Positions 35,508-48,700 of a stretch of 64,000 nucleotides of DNA are shown here, in pieces. Each line of letters starts with the position of its first letter. Within the stretch, counting starts at the first letter, position 1. Below the pieces are notes generated by a model that ran no database searches, had not been told where the DNA came from, and saw only the letters and a program-made list of their open reading frames with translations. Origin of the DNA: Malacoraja senta (Eukaryota); contig CM075995.1 of the NCBI GenBank assembly GCA_038087875.1, positions 1,304,001-1,368,000 of the forward strand. Reading direction: 5' to 3'. The position numbers and the translations under genes are program-made.

Positions 35508-37690
35508 GAAGGAACTGCAGATGCTGGAAAATCGAAGGTAGACAAAAATGCTGGAGAAACTCAGCAGGTGAGGCAGCATCTATGGAGCGAAGGAAATAGG
35601 CGACGTTTCGGGTCGAGACCCTTCAGACTAATGTGGGGGTGGGAAGAAGAAAGGAAGAGGTGGAGACAGTGGGCTGTGGGAGAGCTGGGAAGGGGAGGGG
35701 AAAGAAGGAGAAAGCAGGACTACCTAAAATTGGAGATGTCAATGTTCATACCGCTGGGGTGTAAACTACCCAAGCAAAATATGAGGTGCTGCTCCTCCAA
35801 TTTACGGTGAGTCTCACTCTGGCCATTGAGGAGCCCCAGGACAGAAAGGTCGGATTCGGAATGGGAAGGGGAGTTGAAGTGCTGAGCCACCGGGAGATCA
35901 GGTTGGTTATTGCAAACCGAGCAGAGGTGTTGGGCGAAGCAATCGGCAAGCCTACGCTTGGTCTTACCAATGTTGAGCAGCTGACACCTAGAGCAGCGGA
36001 TGCAATAGATAAGGTTGGAGGAGGCGCAGGTGCACCTATAAAGACTGCTTGGGTCCTTGGATGGAGTCAAGGGGGGAGGTAAAGCGATAAGTGTAGCATT
36101 TCCTGCGGTTGCACGGGAAAGTGCCAGGAGAGGGGGTGGTTTGGATGGGAAGTGATAAATTGACCAGGGAGTTACGGTGGGAGCGGTCTCTGCGGGAAGC
36201 AGAAAGGGGAGGAGGTGGGAAGATGTGGCCAGTGGTGGGATCCCGTTGGAGGTGGCGAAAATGTCGGAGGATTATTTGTTGTATGTGACGGCTGGTAGGG
36301 TGGAAGGTGAGGACAAGGGGGACTCTGCCCTTGTCACGAGTGGGGGATGGGGAGTGAAAGCAGAGTTACGGGTATAGAAGAGACCCTGGTGAGAGCCTCA
36401 TCTATAGTAGAAGAGGGGAACCCCGTTCCCGAAAGAATGAGGACATCTCCGATGCCCTGGTGTGGAACACCTCATCCTGGATGTAGATGCGGCGTAGACG
36501 GAGGAATTGGGAATAGGGGATGGAGTCCTTACAGGAAGCAGGGTGGGAAGAAGTGTAGTCCAGATAGCCATGGGATTCAGTGGGTTTATAGTAGATGTCG
36601 GTCAGTAGTCTGTCACCTGCGATGGAGATAGTGAGGTCTAGAAACCGTAGGGAGATGTCGGAAATGGTCCAGGTGTATTTGAGTGCCGGATGCAAGTTTG
36701 TGGTGAAATGGATGAAGTCAGTGAGTTCTGTATGGGTGCAGAAGGTAGCACCAATGCAGTCGTCGATGTAGCGGGGATAGGACCATGGTACGCCTCGAAC
36801 AAGGATTGTTCGACGTACCCTACAAATAGGCAGGCATAGCGAAAAGAGGGAGTCAAACGAAAAGTTGTTAAGGGTAAGGACCAGCTCTGCTAGGCGGAGG
36901 AGAGTATCAGTAGACGGGGATTGGTTGGTTCTGCGGTCGAGGAAGAAACGGAGGGCTTTAAGACCCTCCTGGTGGGGGATGGAGATGTAGAGTGACTGGA
37001 CATCCATGGTGAAGATGAAGGAATGGGTCCTAGAAAACGGAAGTTATGGAGGAGACGAAGAGCGTGTGAGGTGTCTTGAACATAGGTAGGGAGGGATTTA
37101 ACCAGGGGGGATAGGATGGAGTCGAGGTATGTGGAAATATGTTCGGTGGGGCACAAACAGGCAGAAACAATGGGTCTGCCAGGAGAGTCAGGTTTCTGGA
37201 TTTTGGGGAGAAGGCTGGGGAACGATGAGGTTGGAGGCTTGGGAGGGCAAGGAGCCGGAAGTGATGAAGTCAGTGATAGTGTTAAAGCCCTGTCCCACGG
37301 TACGAGTTCATTCCAAGAGCTCTCCCGCGTTTGCCCTGATTCGAACTTGGAGATTTACGGTAATGGCCACTCGTCGGTACTCGGGGCTCTCGTGGACATT
37401 TTCAACATGTTGAAAAATCTTCACGAGTCTTCCCGTACTTACCTGCCATTAGCGGGTCTTCCCGAGTACCTGTCGTTAGCGTTACGAGCCGATAAGAGAC
37501 GTCCCTGAGCTCCAACGTACCCGCTACGTTCATTCTCCGTGCTTACCCCGAGTTTAAAAATAAAAAAACTCGGGAGAGCTCTTGGAATGAACTCGTACCG
37601 TGGGACAGGGCTATTAGAGATAGTGGCCTGGTGCTCGTCTGTGGGGTCATGGTCCAAGGATAAGTAGGAGGAGGTGTCTGAGAGTCCAAT
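35508..37690 (-). mobile_element. Penelope-like element (RT + GIY-YIG endonuclease), disrupted
   Basis: RT motifs MDVQSLYISIPHQEGLKAL and RYIDD, plus LLTDIYYKPTESHGYLDYTSSHP. GIY-YIG region CASSNLIYCIRCSRCQLLNIGKTKRRLADCFAQHL. The terminal repeat at 35508-35630 matches the dispersed mini-elements. Confidence 0.92.
37285..37613. mobile_element. Harbinger/PIF-like MITE inserted into the Penelope element
   Basis: 42-bp perfect inverted repeat (37286-37327 / 37571-37612) and TTA TSD (37282-37284, 37614-37616). Confidence 0.88.
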
Positions 37691-38424
37691 ATTATGTTTG
37701 TGATTTGTGAACTTTTGCTACCCGAATGGCTGTAATGTGGAGGTGCACAGAAGTTGCCAACACGAGATTATTAAATTTGAAGGTGTAGGGAGGAACAGCA
37801 GATGCTGGTTGAACCAAAGACAGATACAAAAAGCTGGTGTAACTCAGCGGGACAGGCAGCATCTCTGGAGAAAAGGAATAGGTGACGTTTCAGGTCGAGA
37901 CCCTTCCCGAAACAACACCTGTTCCTTTTCTCCAGAGATGCTGCCTGACCTGCTGAGTTACTCTATCTTTTTGTTTTTGTCTTTTATTAAGAAATTTGGA
38001 CTTTGATAGGAACATTAAATTGTGAGTAGATGACTGTACAAGACTCTGTGACTAATGACTCAGATATGAGAATTCAAGCCCAGCACAACAGCTGGGGATT
38101 TACATTTGGTCATTTGGATAATTTACCATAATTTGAAATAGTTTGAAGTACTGGTGACCCTGTCACATACAGACTTGTTGTAAACCCCTCTTTCGGGGAA
38201 GGTAAAGAAAATGTGAGGTAAAGTTCATGTTTGTCGACACCAGGTGTTGTTTCGGGAAGGGTCAAGGTAGGCAGTCAGTCGGCTTACAAAAAAAATTTAA
38301 ACCGCGCATGCGCAGATTGTTCTCTCCGTAAAAATATAAAATAAAAATATAAACAGTAACAATTCAATTTGCCCATGGCTTCCTAGTCTCCTTTATTCTT
38401 AATTACTGAATGGGTGGGGGTGAA

Positions 38425-38624
38425 NNNNNNNNNNNNNNNNNNNNNNNNNNNNNNNNNNNNNNNNNNNNNNNNNNNNNNNNNNNNNNNNNNNNNNNNNNNN
38501 NNNNNNNNNNNNNNNNNNNNNNNNNNNNNNNNNNNNNNNNNNNNNNNNNNNNNNNNNNNNNNNNNNNNNNNNNNNNNNNNNNNNNNNNNNNNNNNNNNNN
38601 NNNNNNNNNNNNNNNNNNNNNNNN
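38425..38624. other. Assembly gap (200 N)
   Basis: Run of N bases. Confidence 1.
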
Positions 38625-39633
38625 TAACATTAGATTTAGGTTTATTATTGTCACGTATACAGAGACATAGTGACGAGCTTTGCTTAGAATGATTATCAAT
38701 CATAGTCTTCGAGTCGTAGAGTCATATAGCGGAGAAACAGGCCCTTCGGCCCAACTTGCCCATACCGACCAACGTGTCCCAGCTACACTAGTCCCACCTG
38801 CCTGAGTTTGGCCCTTATCACTTCAAACCTCTCCTATCCATGTACCTGTCTAACTGTTTCTTAAACGATGGGATAGCCCCAGCCTCAACTACCTCCTCTG
38901 GCAGCTTGTTCCATACACCCACCACCCTCTGTGTGAAAAAGTTACCCCTCAGATTCCTATTAAATCATTCCCTCTTCATTTTAACCTTATGTCCTAGAAA
39001 CATAGAAACATAGAAACATAGAAACATAGAAAATAGGTGCAGGAGTAGGCCATTCGGCCCTTCGAGCCTGCACCGCCATTCAATATGATCATGGCTGATC
39101 ATCCAACTCAGTATCCCGTACCGGCCTTCTCTCCATACCCCCTGATCCCCTTAGCCACAAGGGCCACATCTAACTCCCTCTTAAATATAGCCAATGAACT
39201 GGCCTCAACTACCCTCTGTGGCAGAGAGTTCCAGAGATTCACCACTCTGGTCCTCGATTCCCCTACTCTGGGCAAGAGACTCTGTGCATCTACCCGATCT
39301 ATTCCTCTCATGATTTTCATCATCATCATGCGCTCCAAGGCTTAGAGTCCCAGCCTCCTCAACATCTCACTATAGTTCAGCTCCTCTAGTCCTGGCAGCA
39401 TCCTCGTAAATCTTCGTTGCACCCTATCCAGCTTGACAATTTATTTCCTATATGATGGTGCCCCGAACTTAACACAATACTCTGAACGTGGCCTCACCAA
39501 CATCTCATACAACTGCAACATGACCTCCCAGGTTCTATACTCTGATCTATTCCTCTCATCTTTAATATCAGATCAGATGATGCTATCCAGATGCCTCATC
39601 TTTTACACGTGTTTGATTTTTGCGTTTAAAAAT

Positions 39634-40335
39634 AACAATACAATACAATACAATACTACTTTATTAGCCAAGTATGTTTTGCAACATACGAGGAATTTCA
39701 TTTGCCACACAGTCCTACCAATAAAAAGCAACAGTACACTCAAAATACATTTTAACATAAACATCCACCACAGTGACTCCTCCACATTCCTCACTGTGAT
39801 GGAAGGCGAAAAAAAATTCAATCTCTTCCCTTCTTTGTCCTCCCACGGTCGGGGGCCTCGAGCCTTCCGTTGACGGGATGATCTTGGCTCCCGTAGCCGG
39901 CGGTCGAGCCCTCCTCGTCGGGGCGATCAAGCCCCTGCATCGCGGGGATCTCAGCTCCCCTGCGCCGGGTGATCGACCCCGGGTCAAGGCTGGTCGAACC
40001 TTCTGCGTCGTTGGAGCTTCCCGTCATCGGTCTCTACCCGAGACTGCGAGCTCCTCGATGGTGACATCCGCACCAGGCAAGGGATCGGCTCCGATGGTAA
40101 GTCCACGTCCCCGCGGTGGGGCTCAAAGTCAGTCCCGAGCAAGGCCTCCAGCTCCACGACGTTAGGCCGCAGAGCGACCAGAGATACAATCCGGAAAACA
40201 ATCGCATCTCCGGCAAGGTAAAAAACGGAATAAAAGTTTCCCCCGACCCCCTCCCCCACCCACCACATAAAACAAACCAGAGAACATTAAAACAAATTTA
40301 TAAAACACACTAAAAATAACAAAGAGAAGACAGAC
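39634..40335 (-). mobile_element. GC-rich non-coding retroelement (second family member)
   Basis: Same conserved stem and GGACTTACCATCG motif; tail CATACTTGGCTAATAAA followed by (GTATT)n on the minus strand. Confidence 0.6.
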
Positions 40336-40814
40336 ATAGCCTTAATGGGACGCACTAGTTCCTTAATACTAATGCTTGATATATCTCTAAGCTTAAATAA
40401 ACTAAACTAAAGTAGAGCCTGATAACAGAGAGGCAGCTTGTCAGGTACATATTGCTAGGCTGTTCTTACTTACCATTCTCATCTAGCCATGTCTGCAGCT
40501 GATTTTTCCCCCTATGATAAGCAGATGGCAATCTCTGACTGTGCGTTACCTGTCAGATTGAGCATCAGGGGTACCATGCTTCTCATCACACCCGTGATTC
40601 AAGTTAGCAGAACTAATCACCCCCACCTCACATGGAGTAGCAAGCTGAATAAATAACCTGTGTGGGAAGGAACTGCAGATGCTGCTTTAAACCGGAGGTA
40701 GACACAAAATGCTGGAGTAACTCAGCGGGACGGGCAGCGTCTCTGGAGAGAAGGGATGGGTGACGATTCGGGTCGAGACCCTTCTTCAGACTGAGAGTCA
40801 GGGGAGAGGGAAAC

Positions 40815-42940
40815 AATAGACAATAGACAATAGGTGCAGGAGGCCATTCGGCCCTTCAAGCTAGCTCCGCCATTCAATGTGATCATGGCTGATCATCCCC
40901 AATCAGTACCCCGTTCCTGCCTTCTCCCCATATCCCCTGACTCCGCTTTCTTTAAGAGCCCTATCTAGCTCTCTCTTGAAAGCATCCAGAGAACCTGCCT
41001 CCACTGCCCTCTGAGGCAGAGAATTCCACAGACTCACCATTCTCTGTGAGAAAAAAGTGTTTCCTCGTCTCCGTTCTAAATGGCTTACCCCTTCTTCTTA
41101 AACAGTGGCTCCTGGTTCTGGACTCCCCCAACATCGGGAACATGTTTCCTGCCTCTAGCGTGTCCAAACCCTTAATAATCTTATATGTTTCAATAAGATC
41201 CCCTCTCATCCTTCTAAACGAGAGATATACAGATGATGATGTGGAGAGATAGAGACCAAATGAATGAATGATATGAAAAAAAGTAACGATGATGAAGAAA
41301 CAGGCCATTGTTAGCTGTTTGCTGGGTGAGAACGGGAACCTGGTGCGACTTGGGTGGGGGAGGGATGCAGAGAGAGGGAATGCAGGGCTTTTGAAGTTAG
41401 AGAAATCAATATTCATACCACTGTAAGCTGCCCAAGCGAAATATGAGATGCTGTTCCTCCAATTTGCGATTAGCCCCACTCTGACGGTGGAGGAGGCCTC
41501 GGACAGAAAGGTCAGTGTGGGAATGGGACGGGGAATTAACATGTTTGGAAACGGGAGATCAGTTAGGTTCCAGGCGGACTAAGCGGTGTTAATAGACAAT
41601 AGACAATAGACAATAGACAATAGACAATAGACAATAGACAATAGGCGCAGGAATAGGCCATTCGGCCCTTCGAGCCAGCACAGCCATTCAATGTGATCAT
41701 GGCTGATCATCCCCAATCAGTACCCCGTTCCTGCCTTCTCCCCAAATCCCCTGACTCGGCTATTTTTAAGAGCCCTATCTAGCTCTCTCTTGAAAGCATC
41801 CAGAGAGCCTGCCTCCACCGCCCTCTGAGGAAGAGAATTCCACAGACTCACAACTCTCTGTGAGAAAAAGTGTTTCCTCATCTCTATTCTAAATGGCTTA
41901 CCCCTTCTTCTTAAACAGTGGCCCCTGGTTCTGGACTCCCCCAACATCGGGAACATGTTTCCTGCCTCTAGCGTGTCCAAACCCTTAATAATCTTATATG
42001 TTTCAATAAGATATCCTCTCATCCTTCTAAACGAGAGATATACAGATGATGATGTGGAGAGATAGAGACCAAATGAATGAATGATATGAAAAAAAGTAAC
42101 GATGATGAAGAAACAGGCCATTGTTAGCTGTTTGCTGGGTGAGAACGGGAACCTGGTGCGACTTGGGTGGGGGAGGGATGCAGAGAGAGGGAATGCAGGG
42201 CTTTTGAAGTTAGAGAAATCAATATTCATACCACTGTAAGCTGCCCAAGCGAAATATGAGATGCTGTTCCTCCAATTTGCGATTAGCCCCACTCTGACGG
42301 TGGAGGAGGCCTCGGACAGAAAGGTCAGTGTGGGAATGGGACGGGGAATTAACATGTTTGGAAACGGGAGATCAGGTAGGTTCCAGGCGGACTAAGCGGT
42401 GTTAATAGACAATAGACAATAGACAATAGACAATAGACAATAGACAATAGGCGCAGGAATAGGCCATTCGGCCCTTCGAGCCAGCACAGCCATTCAATGT
42501 GATCATGGCTGATCATCCCCAATCAGTACCCCGTTCCTGCCTTCTCCCCATATCCCCTGACTCCGCCATTTTTAAGAGCCTTATCTAGCTCTCTCTTGAA
42601 AGCATCCAGAGAACCTGCCTCCACCGCCCTCTGAGGCAGAGAATTCCACAGACTCACCACTCTCTGTGAGAAAAAGTGTTTCCTTGTCTCCGTTCTAAAT
42701 GGCTTACTCCTTATTCTTAAACTGTGGCCCCTGGTTCTGGACTCCCCCAACATCGGGAACATGTTTCCTGCCTCTAGCGTGTCCAAGCCCTTAACAATCT
42801 TATATGTTTCAATGAGATCCCCTCTCATCCATCTAAACTCCAGAGTGTACAAGCCCAGCTGCTCCATTCTCTCAGCATATGACAATCCCGCCATCCCGGG
42901 AATTAACCTTGTAAACCTACGCTGCACTCCCTCAATAGCA
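40815..42940. repeat. Tandem duplication, ~813-bp unit ((TAGACAA)n + CR1 3' end + Penelope 3' fragment)
   Basis: Penelope fragments at 41220-41592 and 42033-42404 are nearly identical, and the chimeric ORFs starting at 41542 and 42355 are offset by 813 bp. Confidence 0.85.
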
Positions 42941-43435
42941 AGAGTGTTCAGTGAAACGATTGCCCAGTCTACGTTTGGCCTCACCGATGTACAAGAGTCC
43001 ACATCTTGAACAACAGACACAGTAGCTAACAAGTCACCTGTCCATTTCCTTCCACAGATGCTGCCTGACCCGCCGAGTACTTCCTGCACTTTGTACGTTG
43101 CTCAGGATTCCGGCATCTGCAGTCTCTTGTGCCTTCGTGATATTGATGGTGCTGTTTACAAGTGGTTTCGTTTCTTGCCTTGATAACGATGCAATAAACA
43201 AAATTCATTATTATTGGCTTCGAAAACATGTCCCAAATTTATAGGGTCACTAGACTAAGAGGGACCCGTTGGGTCCCATGTTCACATGGGAGGGCTGGTC
43301 CCCCAACGCAATATTCCATCTCTCCACCAGTTCCAATATTGGTGGCCAGTGGGGGCCTTTCTGGAGTATGGGTGTTGTGGGCCGAAGGGACTGATTTCCA
43401 GAGGGCTAGTATGAACATTGTGGGCCGAATGGATT

Positions 43436-43545
43436 CTTGGGCTGGCAGCTCAGTCACTCAGGCCTGGTGGGCTGGCAGCTCAGTCACTCAGGCCTGATGG
43501 GGTGGCAGCTCAGTCACTCAGGCCTGGTGGGATGGCAGCTCAGAA
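43436..43545. repeat. 30-bp tandem repeat (about 3.5 copies)
   Basis: TGGGCTGGCAGCTCAGTCACTCAGGCCTGG repeated. Confidence 0.9.
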
Positions 43546-43971
43546 ACTGCCAGAAATTCTGCCCAAAACAGGTGAGAGAGAAGGGGGAGAGGATGGAGAA
43601 TCAATTTTAGAAATTTTTCATCATTTTCTACAGATCACAACAATGTAGGAGGAAAGTCTATCCTGGCCTGGATCTCATAGGGAGCCAATGGAGGGAGAAA
43701 AATACTGGGGTGAGGTTTAATACTTGCAGGGGGAATACTTACTGATGGGCTGAAGGAACTCCTCCTAGGCTAGTACTGGCCTGATGGGCTGAAGGGTCTC
43801 TTTAAAAAAATCGGAGTCAAATCTCAGTGAAGGGCACTTTTTCTGGACTTTTCCTAGCCTGGCAGGAGCCTTTTGGGCCAAAATGCTCCTCCTGGGCTAA
43901 TATGGGTATTTTGGGCAAAAGGGAATGGTTTCTCGGCTAATAGGAGCCTTGTGGGCCAAAAAATAGTGGTT

Positions 43972-45300
43972 TCAGGCAGGCCAAACAACTTATTTCATTT
44001 CATTTCCATTTCAATTTCAAGCACAGGGCAGACCGAACAGCTCATTGCATTTTCATTTCATTTCCATTGCCATTGCAGTTTCTAGCACAGGGCAGACCGA
44101 ACAGCTCATTGCATTTTCATTTCACTTACATTGCAATTGCAGTTTCATGCACAGGGCAGGCCGAACTGCTGATTGCATTTTCATTTCACTTCCATTGCCA
44201 TTGCAGTTCAAGCACAGGGCAGGCCAAACAGCTGATTGCATTTTCATTTCACTTCCATTGCCATTGCAGTTTCAAGCACAGGGCAGGCCGAAGCTCATTG
44301 CATTTTCATTTCCTTTCCATTGCCATTGCAGTTTCAAGCACAGGGCAGGCCAAGCCAAACAGCTCATTGCATTTTCATTTAATTTCCATTGCCATTGCAG
44401 TTTCGAGCACAGGGCAGGCCAAGTCAAACAGCTCATTGCATTTTCGTTTCATTTCCATTGCCATTGCAGTTTCGAGCACAGGGCAGGCCAAGTCAAACAA
44501 CTGACTGCATTTTCATTCCACTTCCATTGCCATTGCATTTTCAAGCACATGGCAGGCCGAACAGCTGATTGCATGTTCATTTCACTTCCATTGCCATTGC
44601 AGATTCAAGCACAGGGCAGGCCAAACAGCTGATTGCATTTTTATTTCAATTCCATTGCCATTGCAGTTTCAAGCACAGGGCAGGCCAAACAGCTGATTGC
44701 ATGTTCATTTCATTGCCATTGCAGTTTCAAGCACAGGGCAGGCCAAACAGCTGATTGCATTTTCATTTCATTTCCATTGCCATTGCAGTTTCCAGCACAG
44801 GGCAGGCCAAGCCAAACAGCTCATTGCAATTTCATTTCATTTCCATTGCCATTGCAATTTCAAGCACAGGGCAGGTCAAGCCAAACAGCTCATTGCATTT
44901 CCATTTCATTTCCATTGCCTTTGCAGTTTCTAACACAGGGCAGGCCAAGCTAAACAGCTCATTGCATTTTCATTTCATTTCCATTGCCATTGCACTTTCA
45001 AGCACAGGTAGGCCAAGCCAAACAGCTCATTGATTTACATTTCATTTCCATTGCCATTGCAGTTTCAAGCACACAGCAGGCCAAGCCAAACAGCTCATTG
45101 CATTTTCATTTCATTTCCATTGCCATTGCAGTTTCAAGCACAGGGCAGGCCAAGCCAAACAGCTCATTGCATTTCCATTTCTTTTCCATTGCCATTACAG
45201 TTTCAAGCACAGGGCAGGCCAAACAGCTGATTGCATTTTCATTTCATTTCCATTGCAGTTTCAAGCACAGGGCAGGCCAAACAACTCATTTCATTTTCAT
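43972..45300. repeat. Minisatellite, ~60-69-bp unit, about 20 copies, inside the Helitron
   Basis: Unit GCACAGGGCAGGCC(AAGCC)AAACAGCTCATTGCATTTTCATTTCATTTCCATTGCCATTGCAGTTTCAA. Confidence 0.95.
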
Positions 45301-45734
45301 TAAGGGCTAACAAATCATTTATTGCAAGTTCATTTCAGACTCACAGTTCTGTTGGTTCACAGCCTATAATGAGAGACGTGGCCTCTCCCTCGCGATCTTG
45401 CAGAGTGAATGAGTCATGTTCAGGCATCTGGGGTTTTATAGTCCTGCCCCCACCCCCCCCCCCCCCGGAAGGGGCGTTACCTTCATCACGGTGATTGACA
45501 GGCGAGAGGACTTAAGGTTTTTTAAACACTCATAACATTTTTATTTTTCATCTTTGGGAAAAATCCTCTGAGCCTGCTCAGCGGAGGAGGACTGTGAGTA
45601 AGATGGCCAAAAATCATAGCGATATATGTTAGCATTGTTTCTAAAATCAATATACAGCGCAGACAGGAAGTGGTCAAGATGAGACTTTTAATTATATAGA
45701 TAAGGTCATAAGGAATAGGAGTAGAATTAGACCA

Positions 45735-48700
45735 TTCAGCCCATCAAATCTAGTCTGCTATTCAATCGTTGCCTGATCTATCTCTCCCTCCTAACCCCAT
45801 TCTCCTGCCTTCTCCACATAACCTCTGACACCTGTACTAATCAAGAATCTATATATCTCTGCCTTAAAAATATCCACTGACAGCCTCCACAGCATTCTGC
45901 GGCAAAGAATTCCACAGATTCACCACCCTCTGAATGATGAAATTTTTCCTCATCTTCCTAAAAGAACATCCTTTAATTCTGAGGCTATGACCTCTACTCC
46001 TAGACTCTCCCACTAGCGGAAACACTCTCTCCACACCCACTCTATCCAAGCCTTTCACTGTTTTGTATGATGAGGTTGGAGGAGGTGCAAGTGAATCTCT
46101 GGCTAGCCTGAGGTAGCAGGCAAGCTATCCGCCCTGCACAAGATAGATATTAAAATACACTTTCTCATCGTGTCCCCGGAGTCTTGTCGGGTGCTGCGTT
46201 GCCCAGTGATGAATGTGTTGCTGTTATTCTAGCCTCCACCACTTGCTGACGGCTTCCAGCAGCCTCGGTCCCTGAGCTCCAGAACTCCCTCCATAATCGT
46301 TTACCTCTTTTGCTCATTCAAGACGTGATATGGAGACGATGTTTCCTCTAGTGGGAGAGTCTAGGACTAGAGATCACAGCCAGAGAATTAAAGGATGTTC
46401 TTTTAAGACGGAGATGAGGAGAAATGTCTTTAGTCGGAGGGTGATGAATCTGTGGAATTCTTTGCCACAGAAGGCAGTGGAGGCCAAGTCAGTGGATAAT
46501 TTTATGGCAGAGATGGTATTAGTTCGGGTGTCAGGGGTTATGGGGAGAAGGCAGGAGAATGAGGTTAGGAGGGAGAGACAGATCAGCCATGATTGAATGG
46601 CAGAGTAGACGATGGGCCGAATGGCCTAATTCTACTCCTGTCGCTTATGACCTTATGACCTAAGGCTTGCCAAAGCCTTTTCCCACTTAGGCGACTCTTT
46701 AGGCAGCTCTCAGGGGTTCACCTACGACACCTGGCTGCAACCTACGACAACTTTTTCTGCAGTTGCCTGTGGTCACCTAAAAAATCGCCTAAGTGGGACA
46801 GGCCCAAGTCTTTCTTTGCTTGTACCAACATCTCCAATGCAGCTCAGACACATTGTATTCGACATGATTTCATGGAGTCAGAGAGTCCAAAGAAACAGGC
46901 CCTTCTGTTCACCACACCCGTTGCTGTCCCATCCACACTAATCCCACTTGCTTGGTTTATAGCCTCCATGGCAGGGCGGCGCGGTGGCGCAGTGGTAGAG
47001 CTGCTGCCTTACAGCACAAGAGACCCAGGTTCGATCATGACTATGGGCGCTGTCTGTATGGAGTTTGTACGTTCTCCCCGTGACCTGCGTGGGTTTTCTC
47101 CGAGATCTTCGGTTCCCTCCCACACTCCAAAGTTGTCCCTTGTGTGTTAATGATAGTGCTGATGTGTGGGAATCTCTGGTCGGCGTGGACTCGGTGGGCC
47201 GAAGGGCCTGTTCCCACACTGCATCTCTAAACTAAACTAAATTAAATTCCTTCCCAGGCGATATCCTGGTGAAGACAAAATGTGCAGAAAGGAACTGCAA
47301 GTGCTGCTTTATTCCGAAGATAGACGCAAAGTGCTGGAGTAACTCACCGGGTCGGGCTGCGTTTCTGGAGGAAAAAAGGATGTGTGACATTTCGGGTCGG
47401 GACCCTTCTTCAGACGGTGAATCTGGTCCTGGTGAAGCCGGTCCTGGTGAATCTCCTCTGCTACCTTCCTTTATTGTGGTGACCAAAACTTCCCGCAATA
47501 CTCCAGCTGTGGCTTAGTCAAAGTTTTATGAAGTTGTACCATAATCTCCCTCCAGTTATATTCCACACCACAGTTAATGAGGACCAGGAGCACTTATTCC
47601 TCTGACCTGAAACGTCACCTGTCCATGTTCTCCAGAGATGCTGCCTGACCCGCTGAGTTGCTCCAGCGCTTTGTGTCTCTTTTCATCACCTGTGCTGCCA
47701 TCTTAGACAATAGACAATAGGTGCAGGAGTAGGCCATTCGGCCCTTTGAGCCAGCACAGCCATTCAATGTCATCATGGCTGATCATCCCCAATCAGTGCC
47801 CCGTTCCTGCCTTCTCCCCATATCCCTGACTCTGCTATCGTTAAGAGCCATATCTAGCTCTCTCTTGAAAGTATCCAGAGAACCGGCCTCCACTGCCCTC
47901 TGAGGCAGAGAATTCCACAGACTCACCACTCTCTGTGAGAAAAAGTGTTTCCTCATCTCTGTTCTAAATGGCTTACCCCTTATTCTGAAACTGTGGTCCC
48001 TGGTTCTGGACTCCCCCAACATCGGGAACATGTTTCCTGCCTCTAGCGTGTCCAAACCCTTAACAATCTTATATGTTTCAATGAGATATCCTCTCATCCT
48101 TTTATACTCCAGAGTGTACAAGCCCAGCCGCTCCATTCTCTCAGCATATGACAGTCCCGCCATCCCGGAAATTAACCTTGTAAGCCTACGCTGCACTCCC
48201 TCAATAGCAATATCTTCAGGGACTTTGAACTGGTACACCAAGTTTCCTCCCTCTCTCAATACTCCCTGGGGTTCTGCTGTTCATAGTGCATGTTCCAACA
48301 GTTTTATACTTCCCAAATGTGTCGCTTATGCTCTGGGATACTTCACTATGTCCAAAATGCGATATAAAAGTAGATTTTTCTTGTGGTAGCAAAGTTTCTG
48401 GCATAAATTGGTAAGTTATCGGAGCAGAATTAGGCCATTGGGCCCATCAAGTCATTCAATCATGGCTGATCAATTTTTCCCACAGCCCCATTCCCCTGCT
48501 TTCGCCCCATAACCTTTGATTTTAGAATTTGGAGATTCAGTGTGGAAACGGGCCCTTCGGCCCACCGAGTCCGTGCTGACAATGATCACCCCTACACTAG
48601 TGTGTAGGAAGGAGCTACAGATGCTGGTTTAAACTGAACATAGACACAAAATGCTGGAGTAACTCAGCGGGACAGGCAACATCTCTGGAGGGAAGGAATG

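Larger units (their letters stand above)
43250..45700 (-). mobile_element. Non-autonomous Helitron (2451 bp)
   Basis: The minus strand begins TCTATATAATTAAAAG after an A and ends GGGACCC-AAC-GGGTCCC (hairpin, 43261-43277) TCTTAGTCTAG before a T. This gives 5'-TC, 3'-CTAG, a subterminal hairpin, an A|T target and no TSD. Confidence 0.85.

Noticed and set aside
40961..42355. 193-aa and 212-aa ORFs
   Set aside because: Chance fusions of out-of-frame Penelope sequence with CR1 ORF2 ends.
44045..45310. Repetitive His/Cys-rich ORFs (FHFHCHCSF...) and a CRISPR-like periodicity
   Set aside because: Translations of a contiguous minisatellite with no unique spacers and no cas genes, in a vertebrate context.
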